From an uncultured Candidatus Saccharibacteria bacterium (lineage in GTDB: Bacteria > Patescibacteriota > Minisyncoccia > UBA6257 > 2-01-FULL-56-20), in assembly GCA_964360535.1 (NCBI GenBank), contig CAYHXB010000001.1, positions 1-56,950 on the forward strand: a stretch of 56,950 nucleotides of DNA. Direction: 5' to 3'. Below are positions 25,356 to 32,440 of this stretch, piece after piece (position 1 is the stretch's first letter; the number at the start of each line of letters is the position of its first letter). The notes under the pieces were generated by a model, which had not been told where the DNA came from, searched no databases, and saw only the letters and a list, made by a program, of their open reading frames with translations. The position numbers were made by a program, and so were the translations under genes.

Positions 25356-25988
25356 CTATCGCAGTTCGTAAAATTTATTGTTGCAACTCTTGCAAGGTTC
25401 ACCTAAAAAGAATGTAATAATTTGGCAATTACTCGGCGGTGTAAAACGCATGATGTGATCCACATTCCAGCCCTTAATGAGCTTGATGATAGTAAGCATC
25501 CTGAACCCATGAGTCACCAGAAGAGTATTATTGCCGAACTCATTGCCATCAAGACCTTTCAGAAATAAAGATGTTTCTTTTTCGAAATCCACTAACGGCG
25601 TTGCTCCTTTTGGAAGATAGTCATACTTCAGAAGAAGCGCTTCGCTTTCGGGCGTTTCCGGTTTGCCCTGTATCTCGCCAGCATCTCGTTCGCTAAGGGA
25701 TTCACTGAAATACAAAGGCACCCCAAGTTTCTTGGCAAATATTTCGGCAGTGGTGCGAGCACGTTTTAATGGCGATGAAAAAATCACATCTACTTTCTCG
25801 CCCGAAGAAACGAACTCTTCTGCGGCTTCCTGTGACTGTTCTACGCCGAGTTTGCATATTGGCTCATCAATGGAACCGACACAGATGTTGTCGAGGTTCA
25901 TTTGCGTCTTGCCATGACGCATGAACATTATTTTATTCCCGACAGAATTGTCCTGAGATGGATTTCCGCAACGTGCGCAGATAAACAT
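25356..25988 (-). CDS. Histidine phosphatase (phosphoglycerate mutase-like) family protein with terminal CxxC pairs
   Basis: 'FMRHGKTQMN' (RHG motif) and 'LLVTHGF'. It has an N-terminal 'CARC' and a C-terminal 'CKSC'. The start at 25988 is uncertain; the alternative is 25928. Confidence 0.65.
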   Translation of the reverse strand: MFICARCGNPSQDNSVGNKIMFMRHGKTQMNLDNICVGSIDEPICKLGVEQSQEAAEEFVSSGEKVDVIFSSPLKRARTTAEIFAKKLGVPLYFSESLSERDAGEIQGKPETPESEALLLKYDYLPKGATPLVDFEKETSLFLKGLDGNEFGNNTLLVTHGFRMLTIIKLIKGWNVDHIMRFTPPSNCQIITFFLGEPCKSCNNKFYELR

Positions 25989-26021
25989 TGTGGTTTTTCT
26001 TATTATATTTATATAAATGTC

Positions 26022-26050
26022 AAATAAAAAGGCCAACCCGAAGGTCGGCC
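26022..26050 (-). terminator. Intrinsic terminator of the AEC transporter gene
   Basis: The minus-strand RNA reads GGCCGACC-UUCG-GGUUGGCC (UUCG tetraloop) and is followed by UUUUUAUUU. Confidence 0.8.
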
Positions 26051-26083
26051 CTGTTTCTCAATCTTTTTATCCACCCTTTATTT

Positions 26084-26986
26084 TTATATGAAATATATCA
26101 GGGCGGACAGGAACACGAGCGAGTAGGGCAGGCCGAGCGCCAGGAGGTTAGACACAAATTCCGTGTCCAAATCGTTCTCCTTAGCGAAGACAAGTCCCAT
26201 AATGCTCGTTGGTAGGCAGGTGCCGATGATGACCGCAGCGCGTTCCATTCCCGTAAGGCCGAAGAGCCAAACGAGAGTGAAGGCGACAGCCAAACTGCTA
26301 ACTGTTTGTAGCGCCAGCGTAATGGCAGGAAGCTTGAACGAACCAGACTTCGGTTCAAATTCAAGCGCAAGCATCGTCATTACCAAAAACACCAGTCCGC
26401 CGCCAGCGACATCAAGGATGCCGTAAAGCATCTGGTTATGGACATCGGTGAAGTTCAGCAGCAACCCGACTGGGATAGCCCAGACGAGAGGCGTCTTGAA
26501 CATCTGAATAAGCGATTGGCCTACAGCTGCCCTTCCTCCGGTGCCCTTGCCGAGCAAGACTGCAACGAAGTAAATCAGCGAAAATTCGATGAGTGCATTG
26601 CCGAAGTCCCAGAGGACTATCCGCGAAAGCCCCAGCTCGCCGAATACCGCGAACATCATTGCATAACCGACAGTTCCTCCTTCGAGGGTCGGGAAGGCAA
26701 TAATGAAACTCCCGCGCGTCTTACCCTTCAGGTTCAGCAGGTACGAAAGTGCGTATCCGATAGCCAAGAGAGACAAAACGCCGAGGACGGCAATTATCGG
26801 CAGATAAAGCAGATTCGGAGTGACGGTCGCCTGGGCGAGCGATTTGGTAATCACCGCCGGCGCCACCAGCCAGACAATCAGCTTACCGACTACATCGTTG
26901 TGTTCTTTTTTCAGCACGCCGCCTTGTTTTAGCAGATAAGCTGCTAGAAACATGACGAACAAGGGTGCAACTTTTTCGATAATCAT
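26084..26986 (-). CDS. AEC (auxin efflux carrier) family membrane transporter
   Basis: 300-aa ORF with about 10 TM helices. The N-terminal 'PLFVMFLAAYLLKQGGVLKKEH' is typical of the family as I recall it. GC-rich, with an AAGGA Shine-Dalgarno sequence upstream. Confidence 0.65.
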   Translation of the reverse strand: MIIEKVAPLFVMFLAAYLLKQGGVLKKEHNDVVGKLIVWLVAPAVITKSLAQATVTPNLLYLPIIAVLGVLSLLAIGYALSYLLNLKGKTRGSFIIAFPTLEGGTVGYAMMFAVFGELGLSRIVLWDFGNALIEFSLIYFVAVLLGKGTGGRAAVGQSLIQMFKTPLVWAIPVGLLLNFTDVHNQMLYGILDVAGGGLVFLVMTMLALEFEPKSGSFKLPAITLALQTVSSLAVAFTLVWLFGLTGMERAAVIIGTCLPTSIMGLVFAKENDLDTEFVSNLLALGLPYSLVFLSALIYFI

Positions 26987-27012
26987 GATTTTTCCTTGTA
27001 TTAATTTGTGGG

Positions 27013-27075
27013 CGTTCTCCTAAAGCAGGCGAACGTTGCTGTGCTAAATTATACAGAAATTCGTTAAAATGTCAA
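27013..27075 (-). promoter_or_regulatory. Consensus promoter plus conserved leader hairpin, copy 2
   Basis: On the minus strand: TTGACA (27075..27070), 16 nt, TATAAT (27053..27048). Leader stem: 27027..27035 pairs with 27013..27021. Confidence 0.7.
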
Positions 27076-27099
27076 ACAACCTCGCCAATGGCGGGATTA

Positions 27100-28323
27100 T
27101 TACTTGCTGATAACTTTGAACTTCGGCGCCGGGACAATGAACTTTCCCCCTCGTTTGAAAAATTCTTTTTCTTTTTTTCTGAAGGAATCGACGAAGCCCC
27201 AGGGAAGAACGAAGAAATAATCCGGCTTGTCGCGCTTTGCCTGCTCCTCGGTAATTATCGGAACGAGCGTGCCGACCGTGAATTTGCCCCATTTCTTCGG
27301 GTCTTTGTCGGCGGCGGCGGTTATCAGTTTGTTGGTCAGTCCGTAGTACTGGAGAATCGTGTTTCCTTTTGTGGACGCCCCATAGGCATAAACTTTTTTG
27401 CCTTTTTTAACTTCCTTTTTAATGAAATCAACAGTTTTCTTTTTGTTTTCTTCAAGCCGTTTTCCGAAGGCCTTGTAGTCAAATTTTGCTTCCGGGAATT
27501 TGATACTGCCTTTGTTCAGTTTCCTAGCGAAGAGGCGATAACTGCCGCCGTTGATGGAATTTTCCTCAACTTTGAAAATCTCCAAGCCGTTTTTCTCAAA
27601 AAGATAAACAAGCGACGGGTAAGAATAAAATTCCAAATGTTCGTGGCAGATATTGCCGATGTCGTTCTTGTCTATCATCGGCTTGAGCGTCATCAGCTGG
27701 GCGATGAAAAGCCCGTCGTCGGCCATAACCCTTTCGGCGTCGCGGACGAACTGGCTCGGGTCTTCCATGTCATAGAACATTCCTATGGCTGTGACTATTT
27801 TCGCTTTCGGCAAGCCGAGTTTCTCGTAAGTTTCCTTGTACCAGAAATCGTGGATTGTTTTGTCGGCGTTCTTTTTAAGTTTCGCCTGAAGGTTGTCGGC
27901 CGGCTCGCATCCCACGCGGACGTATTTTTTCGGTACGAATCCGAGCATGGTGCCGTCATTGGCGCCGATGTCCAGAAACACATCGCCTTTCCCGCCTGCG
28001 CCGATGCTTCGGCGGGCAGGTTTCGGCTTGGCCATTTTTATCGCCTGAGCGACTATTTGCTTGAGATCAGAAATGATAACCGGATTAATTCCGGACTCGT
28101 ACCAATAATGGCGTGAGTACATTATTTCCTGCGGAGCGGTGTGCTTTAACTGGAGGAGGTCACATTTCTTGTTCTGGCAGAGCACCAATTCAAGCGGGGC
28201 TTTGATGCCTTTATCCTTTTTGCTTTTGACGAAATCTGAAACGTAAAGGTTTCCGAGGTTGATAATGCTTTTAAGATTCTTTGAACCGCACAAACGGCAG
28301 GTCTTTCTGGTGATTGTTTTCAT
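27100..28323 (-). CDS. NDP-hexose C-methyltransferase-like class I SAM methyltransferase
   Basis: N-terminal zinc ribbon 'CRLCGSKNL...CQNKKC', the SAM motif 'FLDIGANDG', and a C-terminal Rossmann-like domain 'VYAYGASTKGNT'. Confidence 0.75.
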   Translation of the reverse strand: MKTITRKTCRLCGSKNLKSIINLGNLYVSDFVKSKKDKGIKAPLELVLCQNKKCDLLQLKHTAPQEIMYSRHYWYESGINPVIISDLKQIVAQAIKMAKPKPARRSIGAGGKGDVFLDIGANDGTMLGFVPKKYVRVGCEPADNLQAKLKKNADKTIHDFWYKETYEKLGLPKAKIVTAIGMFYDMEDPSQFVRDAERVMADDGLFIAQLMTLKPMIDKNDIGNICHEHLEFYSYPSLVYLFEKNGLEIFKVEENSINGGSYRLFARKLNKGSIKFPEAKFDYKAFGKRLEENKKKTVDFIKKEVKKGKKVYAYGASTKGNTILQYYGLTNKLITAAADKDPKKWGKFTVGTLVPIITEEQAKRDKPDYFFVLPWGFVDSFRKKEKEFFKRGGKFIVPAPKFKVISK

Positions 28324-28397
28324 GACTTATATGTTAGCGGAAACGGGGGAAAGGGGCAATTGCAATCTGGATATTTGCTGTGCAAAAGGGAACATAT

Positions 28398-28425
28398 TTG
28401 ACAGGTTCCCATAAGAGAGTATAAT
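28398..28425 (+). promoter_or_regulatory. Perfect-consensus promoter of the RHH-cysDN operon
   Basis: TTGACA (28398..28403), 16 nt, TATAAT (28420..28425), then the ATG at 28437. Confidence 0.7.
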
Positions 28426-28436
28426 TGCCTATAACT

Positions 28437-28649
28437 ATGAAGTACACAACGGTTTCCATACCCGACCCGCTCAATAAAAAGGTCCAGAAACTCATTAAAG
28501 ACAGCGGATTCGCATCCACGTCTTCTTTTGTTACTTTCGTTCTGCGTGAGATACTTGCAGGGCACGAAGACAAAAGTTCGTTCTCGGGAGCAGAAAGCGT
28601 CAAGGCACAACTGGAAGCACTCGGATATCTCAAAAAAAAGAAGTCGTAA
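28437..28649 (+). CDS. Ribbon-helix-helix (CopG/MetJ/Arc-type) DNA-binding protein
   Basis: 70 aa. 'TTVSIPDPLNKKVQKLIKDSGFASTSSFVTFVLREIL' fits a beta-strand, helix, helix pattern. Confidence 0.6.
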   Translation: MKYTTVSIPDPLNKKVQKLIKDSGFASTSSFVTFVLREILAGHEDKSSFSGAESVKAQLEALGYLKKKKS

Positions 28650-28665
28650 AACAAAAAACAAAACC

Positions 28666-29739
28666 ATGGACAAACACCTTAAAGAACTCGAAGAAAAAAG
28701 TATATCGGTAATCAGGGAAGCGAAAGCGCGTTTCAAAAACGTAGCCATGCTTTGGAGCATGGGCAAGGATTCCACTGTTACGCTCGGGCTTGCGAGAAAA
28801 GCTTTTCTCGGGCACATTCCTTTCCCCGTCATACATATAGATAACGGAATAGATTTTCCGGAGACATACGCGCTCCGCAAAAAAGTTTCCAAAGATTGGG
28901 GATTCGAAATGGTCGTCGAGAAGAGCATAGTCAAACAGGACAAAATATCAGGAGTGGATTGTTGTGGCGGAAACAAAACCGACGCGCTCAAAAAAGTTAT
29001 GGATGAGCGGAAAATTGACGCACTAATAGTTTCTATCCGCCGCGACGAGCACGGCATCCGCGCCAAGGAACGATACTTCTCTCCGCGCGACAAGGAATAC
29101 AAATGGGACTACAAGAACCAGGCGCCGGAGATTTGGGATTACCTTTCCGATTTTCCGGAAAGCGACCATGTCCGCATCCACCCGCTTCTCCACTGGCAGG
29201 AAATAGACGTCTGGAAATACCTCAAGGCGGAAAAACTTCCAGTGAATCCGCTTTACTTTTCACGGAACGGCCTGCCTGCGCCGCGCCCAACAACTTATGT
29301 CATCAGATGTGAAGACAATAGTTTTTATATTGGCCAAACAGAAAATATGCCCAAGCGTTGGCAGGAACATAAAGAAGGTAAAGCTACTTGGACGAAAGAG
29401 CATAAACCTACAGAAGTTATCCATTTTGAAGAATTTGCTACGAGAGATGAGGCGGTGAAAAGAGAGAAAGAGTTAAAAACAGGTTTTGGGCGTCAATGGC
29501 TAAAGCGAGAATATAAAAAGGGTGCTTTACAAAAATGGTACGCGCCGCGGCAGGCAGGCGAAAGGTTCCGCTCACTCGGATGCACGAAATGCACCGTGGC
29601 GATGAAATCCGACGCGAAAACTTTGGACGAAATAATCGCGGAAATTGAAAAAACAACCGACTCGGAACGCGGAGGCAGGGCACAGGACAAAGAAAAAGAA
29701 TATGTCATGCAGCAGCTCCGCGCGCTGGGGTATATGTAA
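28666..29739 (+). CDS. cysD: Sulfate adenylyltransferase subunit 2 (CysD) carrying an internal GIY-YIG domain
   Basis: PP-loop 'AMLWSMGKDSTV', 'RRDEHGIRAKERYFSPRD', 'WDYKNQAPEIW', 'ERFRSLGC' and a C-terminal 'SERGGRAQDKE'. An extra 96 codons at 29272..29559 encode 'YVIRCEDNSFYIGQTENMPKRWQEH...EAVKREKELK'. Confidence 0.8.
   Translation: MDKHLKELEEKSISVIREAKARFKNVAMLWSMGKDSTVTLGLARKAFLGHIPFPVIHIDNGIDFPETYALRKKVSKDWGFEMVVEKSIVKQDKISGVDCCGGNKTDALKKVMDERKIDALIVSIRRDEHGIRAKERYFSPRDKEYKWDYKNQAPEIWDYLSDFPESDHVRIHPLLHWQEIDVWKYLKAEKLPVNPLYFSRNGLPAPRPTTYVIRCEDNSFYIGQTENMPKRWQEHKEGKATWTKEHKPTEVIHFEEFATRDEAVKREKELKTGFGRQWLKREYKKGALQKWYAPRQAGERFRSLGCTKCTVAMKSDAKTLDEIIAEIEKTTDSERGGRAQDKEKEYVMQQLRALGYM
29270..29559 (+). 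mobile_element. In-frame GIY-YIG nuclease cassette bounded by GC-rich inverted repeats
   Basis: The left arm GCCTGCCTGC-gc-CGCG (29270..29285) pairs with the right arm CGCGGCAGGCAGGC (29546..29559). A GGC direct repeat lies at 29269..29271 and 29557..29559. The cargo is a complete small GIY-YIG domain. Confidence 0.5.
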
Positions 29740-29817
29740 GGATTTACAGCGATGTTATACGCAAACACACTGTCAATTTTCCCGGCGAGAAAATTGCGTT
29801 TGCTCTCGGCCTCGCTC

Positions 29818-29841
29818 GTCCCTCCTGCGAGCAGGAGGGAC
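29818..29841. repeat. GC-rich palindrome GTCCCTCCTGC-ga-GCAGGAGGGAC, a variant of the CCCTGCCTGC arm family
   Basis: 11-bp arms flanked by CTCGGCCT direct repeats (29806..29813 and 29852..29859), inside the 174-nt cysD-cysN spacer. Confidence 0.7.
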
Positions 29842-29913
29842 ACCATGCCCGCTCGGCCTGCGAGACAGTTTGCTTAATAACATCTTAATAAATTTTTTAT
29901 TTTTAAATTTCAA

Positions 29914-31080
29914 ATGACCCCATCAATCGTAGTTCTTGGGCACAAAGACCACGGCAAATCCACATTCCTCGGCAAGCTTCTTTTTGACACGAATTCGGTC
30001 CCGCACGACAAGGTAGAGATGACCAAAGAAATAGACGCGGAAGCGGGACGGCCTTTTGAGTGGGCGCACCTCCTCGACAGTTTCAAGGAGGAGCGCGAAC
30101 AGGAAATGACCTATGACACCGCATCCGTTTTCGTTAACGGCAAAAACGGCGCTCTATACATATTCATAGACGTGCCGGGGCATTCGGAGCTGGTGCATCA
30201 GATGATATCCGGGGCTTCGCGCGCAGATATGGCGATACTTATGGTTTCGGCGAAAGAAGGCATAGACGAAATGAGCATCGGGCATCTTATGCTCGCGGAA
30301 TTTTTGGGGATGAAAAAACTCATTGTCGGCGTCAACAAGATGGACGCGTTTGATTACAACGAAGCCGAATTTTTAAAAATAAAGGAAAAAATGGAAACTA
30401 TTCTTGCCGGCAAGTTCAATCCGGAGGATGTTTATTACATTCCGCTTTCGGCGCGCGAAGGGGAGAACGTCGCGAAAGTTTCGGACAAAATGCCGTGGTT
30501 CAAAGGAATGAGTATTTTTGAAAAAGTTGAAGACACGATAGCGAATATGAAAGCAGTTTCGCTGCCGATGCGCGCCATCGTCCAGGATGTTTATCCGAGA
30601 AACGGGGAATCCTTGGCGGCCATAAACGTCAAAAGCGGAGAACTTAAAAAAGGAGAATCGGTTATCGCTTTGCCTTCGGGAAAAACATTTACAGTATCAA
30701 ATTTACTTTCCGTTTCCGGTGATGACACCGAATCCATAAAGGAAGGCGAGAATGCCGGAATCGCGCTTGAAGCCGGTTCAGAAATATCCCGCGGAACAAT
30801 TATCGCTCCGGAGAAAAACGCTCCGCGTTCCGTTAAAGAGGCAGGGAGCGAAATTTTTCTTTTCGGAAATTTCAATCCTGCCGAGAAAATAACCATAGAA
30901 TGCGGTTTTTCCAAAGCCGAACATCAGGGAAGCATTCCTGCGGAAACAAACAAGATAATCGGATTAAGGCTGAATCTTTCAAATCCGCTTCTTTTGGACA
31001 CAGAAGAAACATTTCTCAACAAGTTTGTAATCAAGCAGGGAGGAGAGATAATAGGAGTAGGCAGGATAAAAAATATCTAA
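29914..31080 (+). CDS. cysN: Sulfate adenylyltransferase subunit 1-like translational-type GTPase (CysN-like, no APS-kinase domain)
   Basis: G1 'GHKDHGKST', G3 'DVPGH' and G4 'NKMD'. At 388 aa it has the GTPase and beta-barrel domains only. Confidence 0.7.
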   Translation: MTPSIVVLGHKDHGKSTFLGKLLFDTNSVPHDKVEMTKEIDAEAGRPFEWAHLLDSFKEEREQEMTYDTASVFVNGKNGALYIFIDVPGHSELVHQMISGASRADMAILMVSAKEGIDEMSIGHLMLAEFLGMKKLIVGVNKMDAFDYNEAEFLKIKEKMETILAGKFNPEDVYYIPLSAREGENVAKVSDKMPWFKGMSIFEKVEDTIANMKAVSLPMRAIVQDVYPRNGESLAAINVKSGELKKGESVIALPSGKTFTVSNLLSVSGDDTESIKEGENAGIALEAGSEISRGTIIAPEKNAPRSVKEAGSEIFLFGNFNPAEKITIECGFSKAEHQGSIPAETNKIIGLRLNLSNPLLLDTEETFLNKFVIKQGGEIIGVGRIKNI

Positions 31081-32432
31081 TGAAGAAACCGAACATAATA
31101 TTAATAACTCTGGACGCTTTGCGCGCCGACCATCTCGGTCTGTACGGTTATAAAAAGGACACCAGTCCGTTCATTGATTCTCTCGCGAAGAAGGGGGTTG
31201 TTTTCAAAAACGCTTTTTCCACAGGCGCTTCAACGCCGCAGTCATTCACGGGAATAATGACATCCACTTATCCGCTTGATTTCGGCGGGTATTCTCGGAT
31301 TACCGGCGAAAGAACGCTTATCTCCGAAGTTTTGCAAAAGGCCGGTTATCTGACGATGGGATTTCATTCAAACGCCTATCTTTCCCCGTATTTCGGTTAC
31401 GGCCGTGACTGGGACGTTTTTGATTATCTAAGCCACTTTAAGGAAGGCGCTACAGGGTCTGCCATGCGTTCCGGCAGTTGGCAGTCCAAAATCATAAAAA
31501 AGCTTTTTGACTGGGAAACGAGAGCTTCGGAGCGGCCAAGCATTTTCTGGCGTTTTATGGGCCTTTTTGAGCCATTCATCACCACTTTCAGGAAGATGTA
31601 TCTCAATATTGTCCGTCCGATACCCAATTACTACACCGCTTTTGAAATGAACGAAGCGATCAAAAATAAACTCCCTAAAAATTCTAAAAAACCTCTTTTT
31701 CTCTGGGTTCACTATATGGATGCGCACGACCCATACGGATTATTCATGCGCTACGGCAATAAAATTATTTTTAAGATAAAGTCATATCTTTCGGATTATC
31801 TTATGACTTTTTTCGGCGAATATCCGAAGATAAACAATCTTTTCAGGAAGCTTTATATCGGGATGTACGACGAGAGCATAAAAAACATAGACAAAGCGCT
31901 TGAAGAACTTTTCAAAGATCTTTCGGAAAAAGGAATAATAAACGGCGAAACGGCAATTTTTATAACCGCGGACCATGGCGAAGAATTCGGCGAACACGGA
32001 GGGTTCATACACATGCAAAAAGGGTTCAATGAAAACGTGCGCGTTCCACTTATTGTCGTCGCGCCGCAAAAATTTTCCGGAGCGCCAGGAGTCAGCGAAA
32101 TCCCGCGATCTCTGATTGATATTCCGGCGACGATGCTTTCTTTCGCTAAGATAAAAAAAATTTCAGGTTTCAAGGGAGAAAATATTTTTGACGGAAACGA
32201 CAGGGATATTTTTGTGGAGCTTTCTAGTCATGACCCCGATTTATCCGGAATCATAGTTGTTGGGAGAGTTGTTATATCGGAAGGTTATAAGCTGATAAAA
32301 ACCAAATCCGGAAACTTTTTATTCTCTCTTAAAGATGAAAGCGAAAAAGAAAACATCATTAACAAAGACAAAAACATAGTTTCCCGCTTGGGAAATAAAT
32401 TGGAAAAATTCGTAAAAACCCAAAGCACTTGA
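31080..32432 (+). CDS. Sulfatase-like alkaline-phosphatase-superfamily hydrolase/transferase
   Basis: 'NIILITLDALRADHLGLYGY', 'ASTPQSFTG' (S-x-P-x-S, lacking the Arg of C/S-x-P-x-R) and 'ITADHGEEFGEHG'. The ATG overlaps the cysN stop (TAATG). Confidence 0.7.
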   Translation: MKKPNIILITLDALRADHLGLYGYKKDTSPFIDSLAKKGVVFKNAFSTGASTPQSFTGIMTSTYPLDFGGYSRITGERTLISEVLQKAGYLTMGFHSNAYLSPYFGYGRDWDVFDYLSHFKEGATGSAMRSGSWQSKIIKKLFDWETRASERPSIFWRFMGLFEPFITTFRKMYLNIVRPIPNYYTAFEMNEAIKNKLPKNSKKPLFLWVHYMDAHDPYGLFMRYGNKIIFKIKSYLSDYLMTFFGEYPKINNLFRKLYIGMYDESIKNIDKALEELFKDLSEKGIINGETAIFITADHGEEFGEHGGFIHMQKGFNENVRVPLIVVAPQKFSGAPGVSEIPRSLIDIPATMLSFAKIKKISGFKGENIFDGNDRDIFVELSSHDPDLSGIIVVGRVVISEGYKLIKTKSGNFLFSLKDESEKENIINKDKNIVSRLGNKLEKFVKTQST

Positions 32433-32440
32433 TTGCGTTA

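Noticed and set aside
27088-28116. 342-aa plus-strand ORF
   Set aside because: It is antisense to the C-methyltransferase, which has clear zinc-ribbon and SAM motifs. The ORF is an artefact of the higher local GC content.
28320-29102. 260-aa minus-strand ORF
   Set aside because: It is antisense to the promoter, the RHH gene and cysD. Its Ser/Cys-rich translation has no motif.
29269-29559. GIY-YIG insertion considered as an intein or group I intron
   Set aside because: It has no intein splice-junction residues or Hint blocks. At 288 nt, in-frame and stop-free, it is far too short to hold a group I core plus an ORF.
29645-29917. 90-aa plus-strand ORF spanning the cysD 3' end and the spacer
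   Set aside because: It is out of frame with cysD, runs through palindromic repeat DNA and has no start context.
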